From Gracilinanus agilis (taxonomy: Eukaryota), in contig NC_058130.1 in assembly GCF_016433145.1 (NCBI RefSeq), forward strand, positions 351,504,787 to 351,568,786: 64,000 nt of DNA, read 5' to 3'. How positions within the stretch are numbered: position 1 is the stretch's first letter; every line of letters starts with the position of its first letter. Made by a program: the position numbers and the translations under genes. Below the pieces are notes generated by a model. That model did not search any database. It saw nothing but the letters and a program-made list of their open reading frames with translations, and was not told the DNA's origin. Positions 37,863 to 50,947 of this stretch are shown in pieces.

Positions 37863-39644
37863 CACATTGGCTGATTTTTCACTTCTCAGAAAAGCAGCAA
37901 CCATAACCTACCAAATGGTCTAGGAACCATGTAATTTATGCATAACACACACGCACATGCCATGCCCTCATAATATTTGCTACAAATCATCCTAAGCATA
38001 TGACTGACTTCTTTTTGCTGTATTGAGATACACTTCACTAGAGAGGGTCTCAGTCAGAAGAGAAAGCTGAACTAGCTCAACTTGATCAGGCTTTCCAAAT
38101 TGTCAGAGAGCACTGACGGAGAAAGAAAATGATTCCAGACAAACATTGATAAGCATCATTTCTTTTTATGCATGTAATTTATACTACTAATGAAAAAGAG
38201 CAAGTAAATTGTATTAACAATGCTGACACTGCTGACTACTTCATGAAAAATTCAATCATCTCCTCAAGAAAAAGTTTAATTATGGAGACCATGTAATTCA
38301 TGTGGTCCTATAAAGGCTGGTACATGTCACAGCTACTTAATATGAGCTAAGTAACCAGTTATTCTGAAAGAAACAAATGCTAATGCTCCGATGTGTGCAG
38401 AATATCTTATGAAGTAGGCTATTTAGGAGATAATAACAGAAATAACAAAAAGGGGTGCCTTTACTCAAGATTTGCTAAAGACTATTTCTGAAAGTCAGAG
38501 AGAACTAGCTAACATTAAAGACTCATCCTTTATGGGCTACGGGTTTTACGTTTTGTTCAATATTTTAATGAATCTGTAAATTGTATATTTCACAGTGAGA
38601 CAACAGTAAAATATAAACACCTCACTTTTTAGGACACATAACTGATATCTGAAATGCATGAGGAATAGAATGTGGGAGATCATAGAATAAAAGAATTAGG
38701 AAGAACCTTGAAAGGGTATGTATTTTGCCAAGTTTGAAAGTCAACTTGAATTTTGCATGTTATAATTTTCAAATTAAACTTGTGGGGTTTGAATTTGTTG
38801 GTGACTTTCCTGTTCAATATAAAAGGACTTAAATGGCTTACAAAAAAAGGTCAAAAAACAATTATGGGACACCAAATAACTGTTACAAAAAACCCCCAAC
38901 TAAAACATTTTCATGACTTAAGTGTAAATGAATTAGAAACATATGGATCATACTTCTTTTAAAAATAAGTATGGATTTAAAAATAAGGGGGAAAAGCTAC
39001 GGCATATTTTGTGGTGGCTGAATCCAAAGCATTTGAGAGATATTCTGAAACATTCAAGAAACTGAGATGAAGGGAAATTTATCTGGTCATAAAACAAAAC
39101 CAAACCATAGGGTTTGCCTATAAAAATACAATGATCTCTTCATGAATAGATATTCATATAATCAACATTTACTGAGCCCTCACAATGTAGGCAGAACCAA
39201 GGGGATAATTGTAGGCAATAAGTTATAGTTCTTACCCTCGAAATATTTTTAATTAATGAGATAGGATCAGCACAAGTATGTATATACATATATACATATA
39301 CATATATGATAGAAAAATATGCATAAGCTATATATGAACATACACACAACACAAATGCTTTCAGTTTGACTGGAGATATTGGTATGACTTCATGAATGAA
39401 AAAGCATTTATTACAGGCTGTCTGCAGGGTTCTGCACTAAGGGCCAGGAGCACAAATAGAAAATCAGAAACTGTTCCTACTTTAAAGAAGCAAACATTTT
39501 GATAGAGGAGGCACTACATATAGGAGATAAAAGTCTGATGATTCTTAGGGAGGCAGTGGCAAAGAAGATGGATTAGCATGTTCTTTAATGTCATTTCCTC
39601 TGACAAAATCATTTTTTTTAACAGCCATTTCAGGTAGACAAAAA

Positions 39645-39762
39645 CTTTGGTGGGGAAAACTTTCTTTTCTGAGTGTTTGGTAGCTATGGTTGCTGTTCCA
39701 TAAGGGTTGTGTCTCTGGATGACAGTTGTAGACTTAAGCAGGATTAGTGGTCTAGAGATAGA
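39645..39762 (-). repeat. Left arm of a ~120-bp inverted repeat
   Basis: Its reverse complement aligns with 41655-41775, including a perfect 30-mer. Confidence 0.88.
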
Positions 39763-41164
39763 GCTGTTCACAGAAGCTATTCCTGAGGCTGTTGGGCTTA
39801 CTTGCTCATTGGTGGTATTTGGTCAGAGACTGGTGAGGAGAGTAGTAAAGATGGTAGGCCCTTCCTCCAGAGCAGCTATTTCCTTAAATGATGGCTACAG
39901 AGGCCAGGTTGTAGACTAGTAGGCACTGCCATTTACAGGATTCTTAGGCTTCCTAGCTAAATTTGAGGGGAAATGGTAGATGAGGTGATAACAGTGGTTT
40001 GACTTGCCTAGCACATGCTGTCTCTCATTCCTCTCTCAGGGTACCTTGCTAAATCAGGTAGGATTAATCATTTCATTTGTACCAGCATCCTCAAATATTT
40101 AGGAAGTTCTAAAAATTAGTCAAGTTTGCACTTGTTTGATTATATTCTCATGTTTTAAAAATGTGGATTATTTCCAAATTCCTTCCCCCCCTCCCCCAGA
40201 CTGTAAATTACTCTTCAAGGACAGTGAATATTTGTCTTTGAATTCTTTAGTATCCTGCTTACACCTCCAGGATGCATAACTTACTAGTGCTCAACCAACC
40301 TTGTTGATTGATTTTATGAAGAACTTGAGTCCTGAATAGAATATGGAATGATTTAGTAGAAAGGAGGGATTATTTAATTTTAGAGGGGCAATTATGGCAA
40401 ATGTGATGGCTCATAGGCTAGACAGGGGTGTCATATGTGGAGGAGGTGAATCTGATCCAGGGTGTTTTAGGAGAAAAAGCAACTTAAATTAGGGGAGGCC
40501 TTGTATATATACTCCCTATGAAGCACAGCTCAGGACAGAGTAGTTTGATAATGAAAAGAAAAATTCTCATTTTTTTTGGTTTGGCCAGCACTGAATAAAG
40601 TTAAGAACAGAAGCAAATGGTCTTATATTCATTATTCCATAACACAGTTTTAAATTCCATAACATGCAGTATTCAAAACCAGAGATTTGATGAAAGATTC
40701 AGGATTATACAATTAATTAAAATCAGTATTACAGAATTAGTTTGTAGGTTTTTAAATGTTGAGAGGGAGCATAAAGAAGAGAAGGCAAATGTTAGGGGAA
40801 TCATATGGGTCTATAAAGGGTACATGAACAAATGTGACCTTTGGGAGATTGCTTTTATTTAACAAAAGACAACGAAAGTTTGCCCTTAGATGAAAACTTC
40901 CAGTTACTTAGCTTATAAGTCTGTTTGATAAAGGGATCAGTACTTTGATGCTACAATATAAATCAGAACTGTCAAAAATGTATAGACTCACAATACTCGT
41001 GAGTGTGCCCCAATCAAATTAAAATGTAACTGAACTATATAAACAAAAATACCATAGAACATAGTGTTAATATGGGGTCTTAAGTCAAGAAATAGCTGAC
41101 AGAGAACCTCTATTTCCATTTGATTTTGGCCCCACTTCTCTAAATGACTAAGATGCCAGTGTGC

Positions 41165-41345
41165 TCAAGGCAAGAGCCCTAGAGCTGATATCAGAAGACT
41201 GGGATTTTAGTCTTAGATTGGTGATTTGCTACTTGTACGATAGTAGGAAGATCATTTTACCTCACCAGGTCTTTGTTTCCTCATCTTTTAAAAGGAGGTT
41301 TTATTAGATGATCAATCTCTGAATCTAATGACACTGAGGATCTGG
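41165..41345 (+). mobile_element. MIR SINE
   Basis: agagccctagagctgatatcagaagactggg...tttcctcatctttaaaaggagg. Confidence 0.65.
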
Positions 41346-41654
41346 GGCTGGTGGTTTTATCACCGAGGTCCCAAAGTTCCACATAAGAAGTTAAAAGTTT
41401 CTATTTTAAGACTGTTATAAGCTTCCCAATGTACATTTCTTGCTCTCAAAAATTGATAACTTATTTGATTTCATTAGTAAGTCAGCAGTGCCATCTCCTC
41501 ATTTGATGCATGAGGAAACTGATGCTTTCCTGCCAAGGTTGACAATAAACAATATGATGGAGAGAAAGGAACACTAAGCTGAAAGTTAAGAAACCTGAGT
41601 CCTAGTCATGGGTCTGATGTACCACATGTGTCAAGGAATGGGGTCAGTCCTACA

Positions 41655-41775
41655 TCTACTCCCTAGACCACTGATCCTGCTTTAGCCCATAACCATCATC
41701 CAGGTAGGCAACCCTTGTGGAGATCAGGAACTATAGCCACCAAAGACTCAGAAAAGAAAGTTTTCCCCACCAAAG
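41655..41775 (+). repeat. Right arm of a ~120-bp inverted repeat
   Basis: ctagaccactgatcctgc...caacccttgtgg...ACTCAGAAAAGAAAGTTTTCCCCACCAAAG. Confidence 0.88.
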
Positions 41776-42725
41776 GCCTTATTTCCTTCTCCAGCAAGAT
41801 TAGAGTAGGGCTGTACTAGATCCATATTTCCTAAACTTTATTTCATAGAAACTGGTGTTCCATGCAAAGCAAATATGGATTCCATGAAAAAATTCTAATG
41901 GAATAAGTGTTTTTTCTTTTAAAAGATTAAATATGAAATATATCTAAAATTGCTTGCTATAGATGATGGGAAGAAGGGATGAAAAAGTCTTCTATTTCAT
42001 TCCAAACTTTCCCTAAACTCTATTTCTTCTAGAGAATGTTCCATAAGTCTAGCCCCCTCAACCATCAGCATTTATGGATTCATCAATAAATTTCAAGCTC
42101 AAAAGTACTTTGTAGCCAAACTGGTCTGGGAAACTCTGGGCTAGATAAACCAACACTCATCATTTGTTATTTAAAATGGAAGGTTTTCTAGGTGTTGAAA
42201 AGAAAAAAACAATCAGAATTTAATATGTTGACAAACCATTAAGTGAAGCAAGAGCAGAGCCATTCTCTGATGAAGAAGTGTTCCAACTGCTACTTTAGCT
42301 TAGAGGAGTATTCTCTCCTCTTTCCCCAGCCAAACCATACACATTTACTTTATGATGCTTTCCCACCTCCAAATCTTTGTTCATACTATTTCTAATGCCT
42401 TGAATTCCCTTCTTCCCTCTTACCTGTTGATTTTCTCTGTATCTCTTAACATCCATATACAAGTGCACCCTCCCAAGGAGCCAATGGCATTTTCCACCTC
42501 AGACCTCACCAGAAACTTTGTTTTCCTCTCTCTTATGCACTCATCATATATTATTTTGTATTATATTTATTTGTGTTATATTCTCTTATCCCTTATCTGC
42601 AAATTCCATGAGAATGGGGAAAGCACAGTGATATGAATATAGTAGATAACTGATACATATTTTTTGCAATAAATTAAATACCCAGTTTTTAAAAATAGGT
42701 AATTTCAATAAATCAAAGTCCTTAC

Positions 42726-42829
42726 CATCCTTCATCATCTTCTGCTTCAGTTTCAGAAGTTTCATTTTCAGGAGTTTCTGCGATGGCCTGAGTGAGTTTA
42801 GATTTAAACTGGTTCAACAACGCTAGTGT
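42726..42829 (-). CDS. CWC27: CWC27 internal coding exon (human exon 13 equivalent), 104 nt
   Basis: The minus strand reads tgttatttcag|ACA CTA GCG...GAA GGA TG|gtaag and encodes TLALLNQFKSKLTQAIAETPENETSETEAEDDEG(W). This is near-identical to human TLALLNQFKSKLTQAIAETPENDIPETEVEDDEGW. Phase 0 start, phase 2 end. The intron between the two exons is 14,105 nt. Confidence 0.97.
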
Positions 42830-44199
42830 CTGAAATAACAATAAATTTTTGTTAATTTTCTGACAATGATATGTGCAATTTTTTAAAGGTTTACTAGTAT
42901 TTGAGAACATCATCAGATACAAAAGAATTAAAATCCTTATGGTGACGTTCTGCATACAATTCTACTTGGCACATAGTACTTAAATGGTTTTTTTCATGAA
43001 TTCATTCATTCATTCACATAAAAATGCCTTGATGTTGAGAACTAGAAAGAAGTTATGAAATGTACTATGAAGATCTTGTCTACATGAATTTTTTTTTGAT
43101 ATGCATCAAGATTTCTCAGATCAGGCTGATGGCACTGCTCTTTCTCCTCTCTGCCTAATGTTTTGAGGTAGAAGAAGAGAGACAATTTCCCATTTTTTAA
43201 GCTTTAACACATAATATTTACTTTACATGAATGAAAATTTATTTTTTTTGCATTTCTCATATTAATATTAACTAACTTATTGACATTTGACACTTTCAAT
43301 ACCCATGTCAACTGTTCATATTTTTTTATATATAGCTTTATCAAGAGAGAGGTCTACCACATATACAGACAACTCTCAGTTATTTACACTTACAGTGTTT
43401 AGTCATACATTCATTAAAATAATGAAGACAACATTTCACTTGATTATGGGAAACATTTAGAAATGGAGACATAATCAAACAGTTAGCTATTGATCTCCTT
43501 TGCTTTTGGCCTCAGTCTCAGACCAGAGCTCTAGGACCTGGCTGTGGAGTGAGGAAATCACACCACTTAGATCAAAGAAGAAATCTGTATGGTAACTATG
43601 CTCACTATATTATCTTTTACATTTACTGGCTTTTTTTAAACAAGAAGATTTTATTTCCTTGTATTGCTCTCATAACATCTCTGAAAAGCAAGTCAGGGTA
43701 GTAATTATTATCAGCTTATTTTACTGGTGAAAATTAGGTATAGACACTAAGTGAGCTAACTACCTGTGGTAGCAGAACAAGTCATTGTTAATGCTGGAAT
43801 TAAGACTTAAGTTTTCTGATTGACAGTCCAGTGTTTCATATTGCCAGAAACATGAAATGAAAATATAGTATCCCACATCTGCAAGCTTTTAAGTTAATGA
43901 AATTTCTAAAATAGAATAATGAATCTGATTCTCCAACTCATAGGCTTGCATAAACCTGGAACGGGCTTTAGTTTATGGAGGAGGAGATGGGGCAGAAAGA
44001 ATTCTAACTGTACCAGAAGTGATGCAACAGTTTTCATGCCCACGTGGCTCCCACAGCATCTGGGGTACAGAAGAGGTTGTGACTGGTCAAAGTGATTTAA
44101 TAGCAGGCTTTAATTTCCTGCTAGTTGTAATGTATGTATGACTTAAAACTTGACATTTCTCTACTTCATTAAGCATAAAATTCAATTTTTAATTTGTTC

Positions 44200-44465
44200 C
44201 AATGACCATAAAGGTGGCTGAAGCAGATACTGTGGAGCACTTGGAGCTCTATAGGACATAAAAAATCTCAAGGTCATCCATTGCATCCCAGGTTATCACC
44301 AGCTGTCCTGATTTTTATCTTGTTATTGGACGTGGATGACTCTGGAAAAGAGTGAAGCTAATGATTCTGTTTAACTCTGTCTCACTTAAATCAAATTCAT
44401 GTGCTAATCAAGACATTGCCCCAGGATGTTACCGGTCCTTTTCAAAACAATGGATGAACATAATA
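44200..44465 (+). mobile_element. Marsupial SINE (Mar/WALLSI-type)
   Basis: ggtcatccattgcatcccagg...ctcacttaaatcaaattca...caagacattgccccaggatgttaccggtcc. The subfamily is uncertain. Confidence 0.6.
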
Positions 44466-44479
44466 CTCTAAAAATCAGA

Positions 44480-46955
44480 TCCCTGTCCACTAACTTATGA
44501 GTGGATATAATACAGGAGTTGAATAATATTGATCTTGACATTCTTGCTATAAATGAAATCAGAAGATGTTGTAGCTAAATAGAAGGATGTCTCACAGCCT
44601 ATTCATTACATAAGTAAAGCAGGAATTGGCAGAGGGTGTTTTGTTGTATGCACAGAGAATACAAGAAACACTATTTCATGGGACTCCTGGTTGTTATATA
44701 TAATAGTAACAATTATAAGTATTTGCCAAAAGACCATCATAAAAATAACTGCATCTTCTGACCCAACAATGATTGCTAAGAATGAAGTGGTAGAGAACTT
44801 CCACATAAAACTTGATAAGACCTTCAAGATCAAATCATTGTACAATATTATACCTGGCAATTTCAAAGTAGAGGTGAAAAAAGGTGATGATATGGAGAAC
44901 TTTATGTGAAAATATAACTCAGGAGAAAGGAATGAAAAAATGCTTGTAGGTTATACAGAAGCCTGGTGCTTTTATATAGGGAATATTTTCTTCAAAATAA
45001 TAATTGGTAGGAATATAAAAACACCACAAAGAATAAAAATGATGACAATTTAATAGACAGGAAAATGTTTGTTATCAGTGCAGAAGTTATTTCTGAGACA
45101 AATGTCTGTGTATAGTCAGACCATAGATCCATCACAGCTAAGACCAGAATTTGTAACAGAGGAGAATAATATGAAAAATGCAGATTAAACAACTAAAATT
45201 ATTTTGTACTAACATATTTGAAATTTTTTTAAAAATGAGAAAGGGACAAGAGAACTGATATGGTCACTGAGTATAACTATTTCATCAAAATATTAACAAT
45301 TGTAAAAGTACTGTCTCATCAAGGAGATCAAAAGAACCCAGAAAACATGGTAACAGATATAAATAACTTACTTGTCAGAAGAAGAAAAATGATTGCTAAA
45401 GGCAATACTGAGTTAAGACTATAAAGTCATTTATGAGGTCTTCTAAGTAAGAATGATAGATAATTATGAGCAATGATTTAAGAAACGCTTGCCAAGATAT
45501 CCAATCAAGCAAAGTCATTCCAAGGTCACTCAAGGATGACATGAAAAAAAGACTACAAACAGAAAGAAAATAGAAAAGTTTTGCAAAAACACTTCAGTAA
45601 ACTCTTCTCATTGTGGAATCTTAAGTCCCTAAAATCACCTTCTATGTCATGCTATTTAAGATGTAGAAATGGCACTAAAGAGAACAAAGATAGACCAGAT
45701 TGGATAAAGTATAAAAAAGAGATTCATACAGAGTAATATAATTAGGAAGGCATTGAGCAATCTACATACAAGATATTTGAAGGAGGAAAGGTTCAAAAGG
45801 CACAGAAAAAATTTCAGACATTATTTCCCAAAAAAGTTGATTAAAAGAACATCATTAACTGATGACCTATATATGCTCTTTCTCATATCTATACAAAATC
45901 ATTAGGAGAGTCAGAATCATAAATACATGAGTTGAAGGCATTTTTTGCGAGGATATTTGTAGGAAATAAGAAAGATTTTGCAAATAATATTAAAAAATGG
46001 ACCACATCTTTACCAGTTAACTGAAAGATGTAGATAATATAAAATCTTATATTTATTACTTGTTGATTATGAAAAAAATTGACTCAGTAGAACAAAATCC
46101 TGATTTAGATTCATTTACTTTAATAAATAATTTTAACTTAATTTTTTAAGACCCTTACCTTCTGTCTTAGAATCAATACTGTGTATTGGTTCCAAGGCAG
46201 AAGAGTGGTAAGGGATAGGCAATGGGGGTTAAGTGACTTGCCTAGAGTCACACAGCAGGGAAGTGTCTGAGGTAAGATTTGAACCTAGGACCTCCTGTCT
46301 CTAGGCCTGGCTCTCAATCCATTGAGCTATCCAGTTGCCCCTTAACATATTTTTTTTTCAATTAAATGTAGAAGCAATTTTTGAAAATTGTTATTTGGCA
46401 TTTTGTAATTTACATTCTCTCTGTCTCTTAGGCAATAAATAGTCTGACAGGTTATACCAGCGCTGTCGTTCCACAATAGGTTCATTTACAACAAAATATC
46501 TCTCATCTATACACACTGAGATCATTCAGGGTTTCTTAAAATCTTTAATAGAACATTTAATGAGTCTCATAACACGAGTGCTTCTGGAGAACTAAAGATG
46601 AGTTTCACACAAAGAGCAATGGAAAGGCTCATCGTGAGTGAGAACAGGCTAAAACATAACCAAAGAGGAATTCCAAAGAATAGTAGAAAAGGATGTCAAA
46701 TGAGGATTGCCTGACAGAAAGTGATGGCTTGAGCATGTGAAAAGTATGAAGATGAAAAGTGTATAGCTAGTGTCTTTCACTGGAACTCTTGTGATGTAGA
46801 GAGAAGCGAAGAAGGCCTCCAGCATATTGAGTGAATTTCCTGTGGCATAATTTTGGAAAAACATGGATAAGGGTCACACAGGATAAATAGGCATAGATGG
46901 GTTGTCATCTAAAGAGAACCCATGAACTGATGACATTATAGATTCATTTGAGTGT
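44480..46955 (+). mobile_element. Decayed RTE-clade LINE (EN, partial RT, 3' end), internally deleted
   Basis: ORF 44691-44909 (...DPTMIAKNEVVENFHIKLDKTFKIKSLYNIIPGNFKVEV) resembles the RTE APE YAPT/GDFNAKVG region. A VDYEKxFDSVE motif lies near 46060-46095, and an RTE 3' region spans 46560-46950. Confidence 0.78.
46141..46341 (-). mobile_element. SINE1-like SINE within RTE
   Basis: acccttaccttctgtcttagaatc...gagctatccagttgcccc. Confidence 0.92.
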
Positions 46956-47629
46956 TTGCTAGCATTTCTTAAAGATATGAATGAATGGATTGGTTGCTTT
47001 CTTGAAGCAGCAATGATTGGGTACAGAAGAGGCTGTGTATGAAGTCTTAGAGAGGAGGGATGGGTCTATATACAGAATGGTTTTTTAAAATTGCAAACAT
47101 GCTGAGTTCTTGTTAGAATCCTAAAATTTAGGAGATGTGGATAATGTATAGTTGGAAAATCTTGAACACCTAATGACTGCATTGCCCAGAATTCCTTTCT
47201 GTATTACCTATAATGCTTTTCCTTTTGTTTACATTTGCATGGTCACATTTGTATAAGTTCTGAGGTTCTGCCACTTTCTTTCTCTTTTGTTCCTGAGAGC
47301 AGGTTGGTTAGTAACCTTTTAGTTAGTCTTTTTGGTTAGTTTATTATTAATTAAAATTCATAAAAATATAATATTTAGTTCTTGGATATTAATTTTAAAA
47401 TCCACAGAGGTAGAGGGTAAGAAAGCACTAAGATTATATTAAACACGTCACAAATAATTCCTATTCTGTGCCATTGAGAATTTCTTTTTATAATGAATTC
47501 CTTATTGATATGGGTGCTATGGTAAGGCAACAGTATAAAAGATATAATGAGGCTGATTTTCACATGGGGCTTCAGTTTAAAATCACTATGCAAATTTGTC
47601 ATTTTGCCACTTATCACAAAGCAGGTATA

Positions 47630-47830
47630 TGTGAGGAGCAGCACAATTTGATGGAAAGAGAATTAGATTCAGTCATAGAACCTGGGTTTACGCAACTCTG
47701 CTCCTAGCTGACTATGTAATCTTCAACAAGTCACTGAATCGCCCAGGCCCATGTTTTCTCATCTGTAAAATGAGGAGGTTGGACCAAATGATCTTCAAGA
47801 CTTAATCTTAAAATTTAGTCCCTTCTAGTT
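47630..47830 (+). mobile_element. MIR SINE
   Basis: gagcagcacaatttgatggaaagag...ttttctcatctgtaaaatgaggaggttggac. Confidence 0.8.
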
Positions 47831-48099
47831 CCAGATCCTAAGATCCACTGCTAAAAATAGTGATGGAAGCTGCATATATCTTTTGCAAGGTTTAATGTTC
47901 ACACTTGAAATGACAGAGAATTGCTGGATATTATGGATTTGGAGGGCTGGAGATTTACATTTTAGATGACATAATGCACATGAACATAGGAGATTCTACT
48001 GTATGTACTATATTAATGTTCTTCATCAATTTCAGCCTATTTTTAAAATCTATAAAAATAAAAGCATGAGGAAAAAAGCTAATGTTCTCTTTCTCCATT

Positions 48100-48260
48100 T
48101 TTTGACAGCCTGAAATGGGAGAAAGAGAACTCAACTTGGAGTCAGGCAGCCTGTGTTAAAATTTAAGTTCTCATTTAATACCTATGTGACCTTGAGTGAG
48201 TACTGGACTTCTCAGAGCCTTTAAGTTTCTCATGTCAAAAATGAGGATATTAGAATGCAT
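48100..48260 (+). mobile_element. MIR SINE
   Basis: ttggagtcaggcagcctg...tgtgaccttgagtgag...tttctcatgtcaaaaatgaggat. Confidence 0.7.
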
Positions 48261-48534
48261 TGCTGTTCCATCTTCCCCGCGCCGCCCTCCTCTCCCCCCA
48301 GTGTTTGGAGCATATCAAGGGCTTAATTCATTGATTTCAAAAGTCTTCCCTACTTTGAGTTTGTGGTATAATCAAATTTGTTCTTTATCAAGATGGGTGA
48401 ATAAACAGTGTCAGAGAAGATAAGGTTAAAACAAAAGTCAACATTTAGGTTGATCTGGGAAACACTTTCTTTTATTAAAAAATAAAACTATAAACAATTA
48501 TGACATCACCATAACTTTCCAGAAATATCTCATA

Positions 48535-48690
48535 TCAACCAATCACATGACAGACATTTATTAAGTGCCCACATGTGTAACCACTATTCTAGAAAATATG
48601 GACTGAAAGATAGAAATGAAATAGTCTTTGTCCTTAAGCAGCTTATATTTCATTGAGGTAGTCAATATGTACATATAAAAGAAATACAAA
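48535..48690 (-). mobile_element. L2 3' end
   Basis: agacattttattaagtgcccacatgtg...gtctttgtccttaagcagcttat. Confidence 0.65.
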
Positions 48691-48926
48691 GGAATTTTCA
48701 GTGCCTCTATGAGCAGTTCTCTAAGATTATAGGTAAAAGACATTCTGATATCTGCATTCTTGGATTGAGTTTCCACATAGGGACTTTTTTAAATTGATAA
48801 AATCCTAGATTTAGATCAAATCGCCTCATTACACTTAGTTTATACTTTTGCCAAATTGGACTAAAGAAGAACCCACTTTTTGAACTCTCATTATTTAAAA
48901 AAAGCAACAGGTTTCTTATTGTTATA

Positions 48927-50599
48927 CAGTCTCTTATAAATGAGGATCCATTCATAAACAAAATGAGATCTGCATTTTCTAATGGAGTATCTAATAGATT
49001 TTCACACGGTTTCTCTGCCATTGATACTACTGATTTGCAATTATGAAGTGGTTCTCTGGTGAAAGGTGAATCTTGAAGCAGTGTAGCCGGGTTGAGTGTT
49101 ATGCGGTGCTTTAACTTGATGTTTTCATTGCCTAGTAAAGTTATTTCATATCTCGTAAGCCTTTGGTCTGAGAATGCCTATGTTCTATGTCTTAATAGTA
49201 AAGCTTCAACCTTATGAGGGCACATAATCATTAGTGGGCATCCTAACACTAATTCTGTAGCTTTTGTTACTAGCAGAGCTGTAGTAGCTACTCCCCTGAG
49301 ACATAGTGGTACTCCAGCAGCTACTGGGTCTAATTGAACTGAGTAATATGCAATTGGACTCTGTACTGGCCCTAAAGCTAGTGTTAATATGCAAGAACCT
49401 ATTCCTTTTTTTTCATGCACATGCAGAGTGAACAGTTTCTTATAATCAGGGATGCCAAAAGCTGGAGCTGACTAAATTGCTTGTTTCAACTTAGTAAATG
49501 CTCCTAGGTATTCTGCATTTAATTTCTGTGGTTCCGTAACTATATCTTTCATCAGTGCTATAAGAGGTTTGGTGATATCCCTATAACAAGGAATCCACTG
49601 CCTGCAAAAACTAGTAGTTCCCAAAATCACTCTTAATTATTTTTTCATTGTTGGGGCACTGAATTTTTGGATGTCTTCAATATGTTTTGGAGAAATGAAA
49701 CATGTATCTTCTCCTAAAACAAATCCTAGATACTCCACTTTTGGGAGGCACCACTGAACTTTTGAATTTGAAATTTTTTGTCCTCTATTATATTATTCTA
49801 ATAGAAGATGTTTACTGTGTTCTTGGCATGTGTCAGCATTTGGCAATGCCAAGAGTAAATCATCTACAAAATGTAACAGACTTAAATTCAATATTTGCTA
49901 AATCTTGAGTTAAAATTTGGGAAAACAAGGTTGGGGTTGCTATATAACCTTGAGGCAACTGGCACCACGTATGATACCCTTTCCAGATAAATGCAAATAT
50001 TTCTTGGGAATCTTCATGGATGGATATTGAAAAAAAAGGCAGAACAGAGATCTACTACTGTGAAGTATTTAGCATTGCTAGGAATAGATGAAATAATAGT
50101 TGATGGACTGGGGACTACAGGATGTCTTTTGATTATATGGTTATTAATAGTTCTCAAATCTTGAACAAATCTATATACCAGTTTTCCATTTTCATCTAAT
50201 TTCAGTTTCTTAATAGGAAAAATAGGTGTACTGTATTCTGATTTGCAGGGGATTATTATCTTCTGTTTGATTAAAGAATTTATCAGTGGGTTAATTCCTT
50301 TAATGGCTTCTTTTGATAATGGATATTGCAAAATAGAGGGAAGTGGTCCACCTCTTCTCTTAATCTGTACTGAAACAGCTGATTTTAGTAGGCCTACATT
50401 GGTGGAAGATGTAGCCCAGAGAGCTTTGGGTATGTCTGTTGGTATTGTAAAAATTTGAGTTTTATCAATTTTTTGATTATCTAAAAAGAGCACTGGGTAC
50501 AAATTCAAAGATACTTCTAGTAATTCTAATGTAATATCACCATCTTGGATAATACTACCAAGGCTCTTAATTTGCACAACAAATCTCTCCCTCCTAGAT
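48927..50599 (-). pseudogene. pol: ERV reverse transcriptase, tether and N-terminal RNase H (truncated)
   Basis: ORFs 50014-50577, 49178-49420 and 48707-49021. FVDD at 49859-49870. Retroviral similarity stops after GSSFIRD at about 48927. Confidence 0.92.
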
Positions 50600-50947
50600 T
50601 CATAGGGAGTTAGGCATTAATAGGAATAAATGCTCCACGAATAAAGGTCCTACAGTTACCATTCGTGGTGAAAGCTTTTGAACTTCTAAAAGAGTTCCTG
50701 AAACTCTGCCAACATTAATTGAGCCAATGGAATTACAATTTGAATCAAATGTACTCATTAAAACAGATCTTGATGCCCCAATATCTAACAGACAATCATA
50801 TAATGTATTTCCTACTTTGAGAGTTACATGTGGTTCAGTGCTATCTGGGGGAGTATGAACTTGTATTAGTGTTGATATTACATCTGTATCTGGAAATTCA
50901 AATGTTTCAATATTTGATTCTATAGTCCTTTCTCCCCTGTTCAACCT
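50600..50947 (-). pseudogene. pro: ERV aspartic protease
   Basis: VTLKVGN...CLLDIGASRSVL: the DTG catalytic motif is mutated to DIG. Confidence 0.88.

Noticed and set aside
1-42725. Canonical CWC27 last exon (MSHVLQFEDK...REKKERR)
   Set aside because: No matching sequence was found on the minus strand. It most likely lies beyond the window's left edge, so it is not annotated.
42830-42955. N-terminal extension MQNVTIRILILL... of the exon 13 ORF
   Set aside because: It is intronic read-through upstream of a canonical acceptor at 42830-42831.
48707-48926. Continuation of the RNase H ORF (CITIRNLLLF...)
   Set aside because: It has no retroviral motifs past GSSFIRD and is fortuitous read-through into host DNA.
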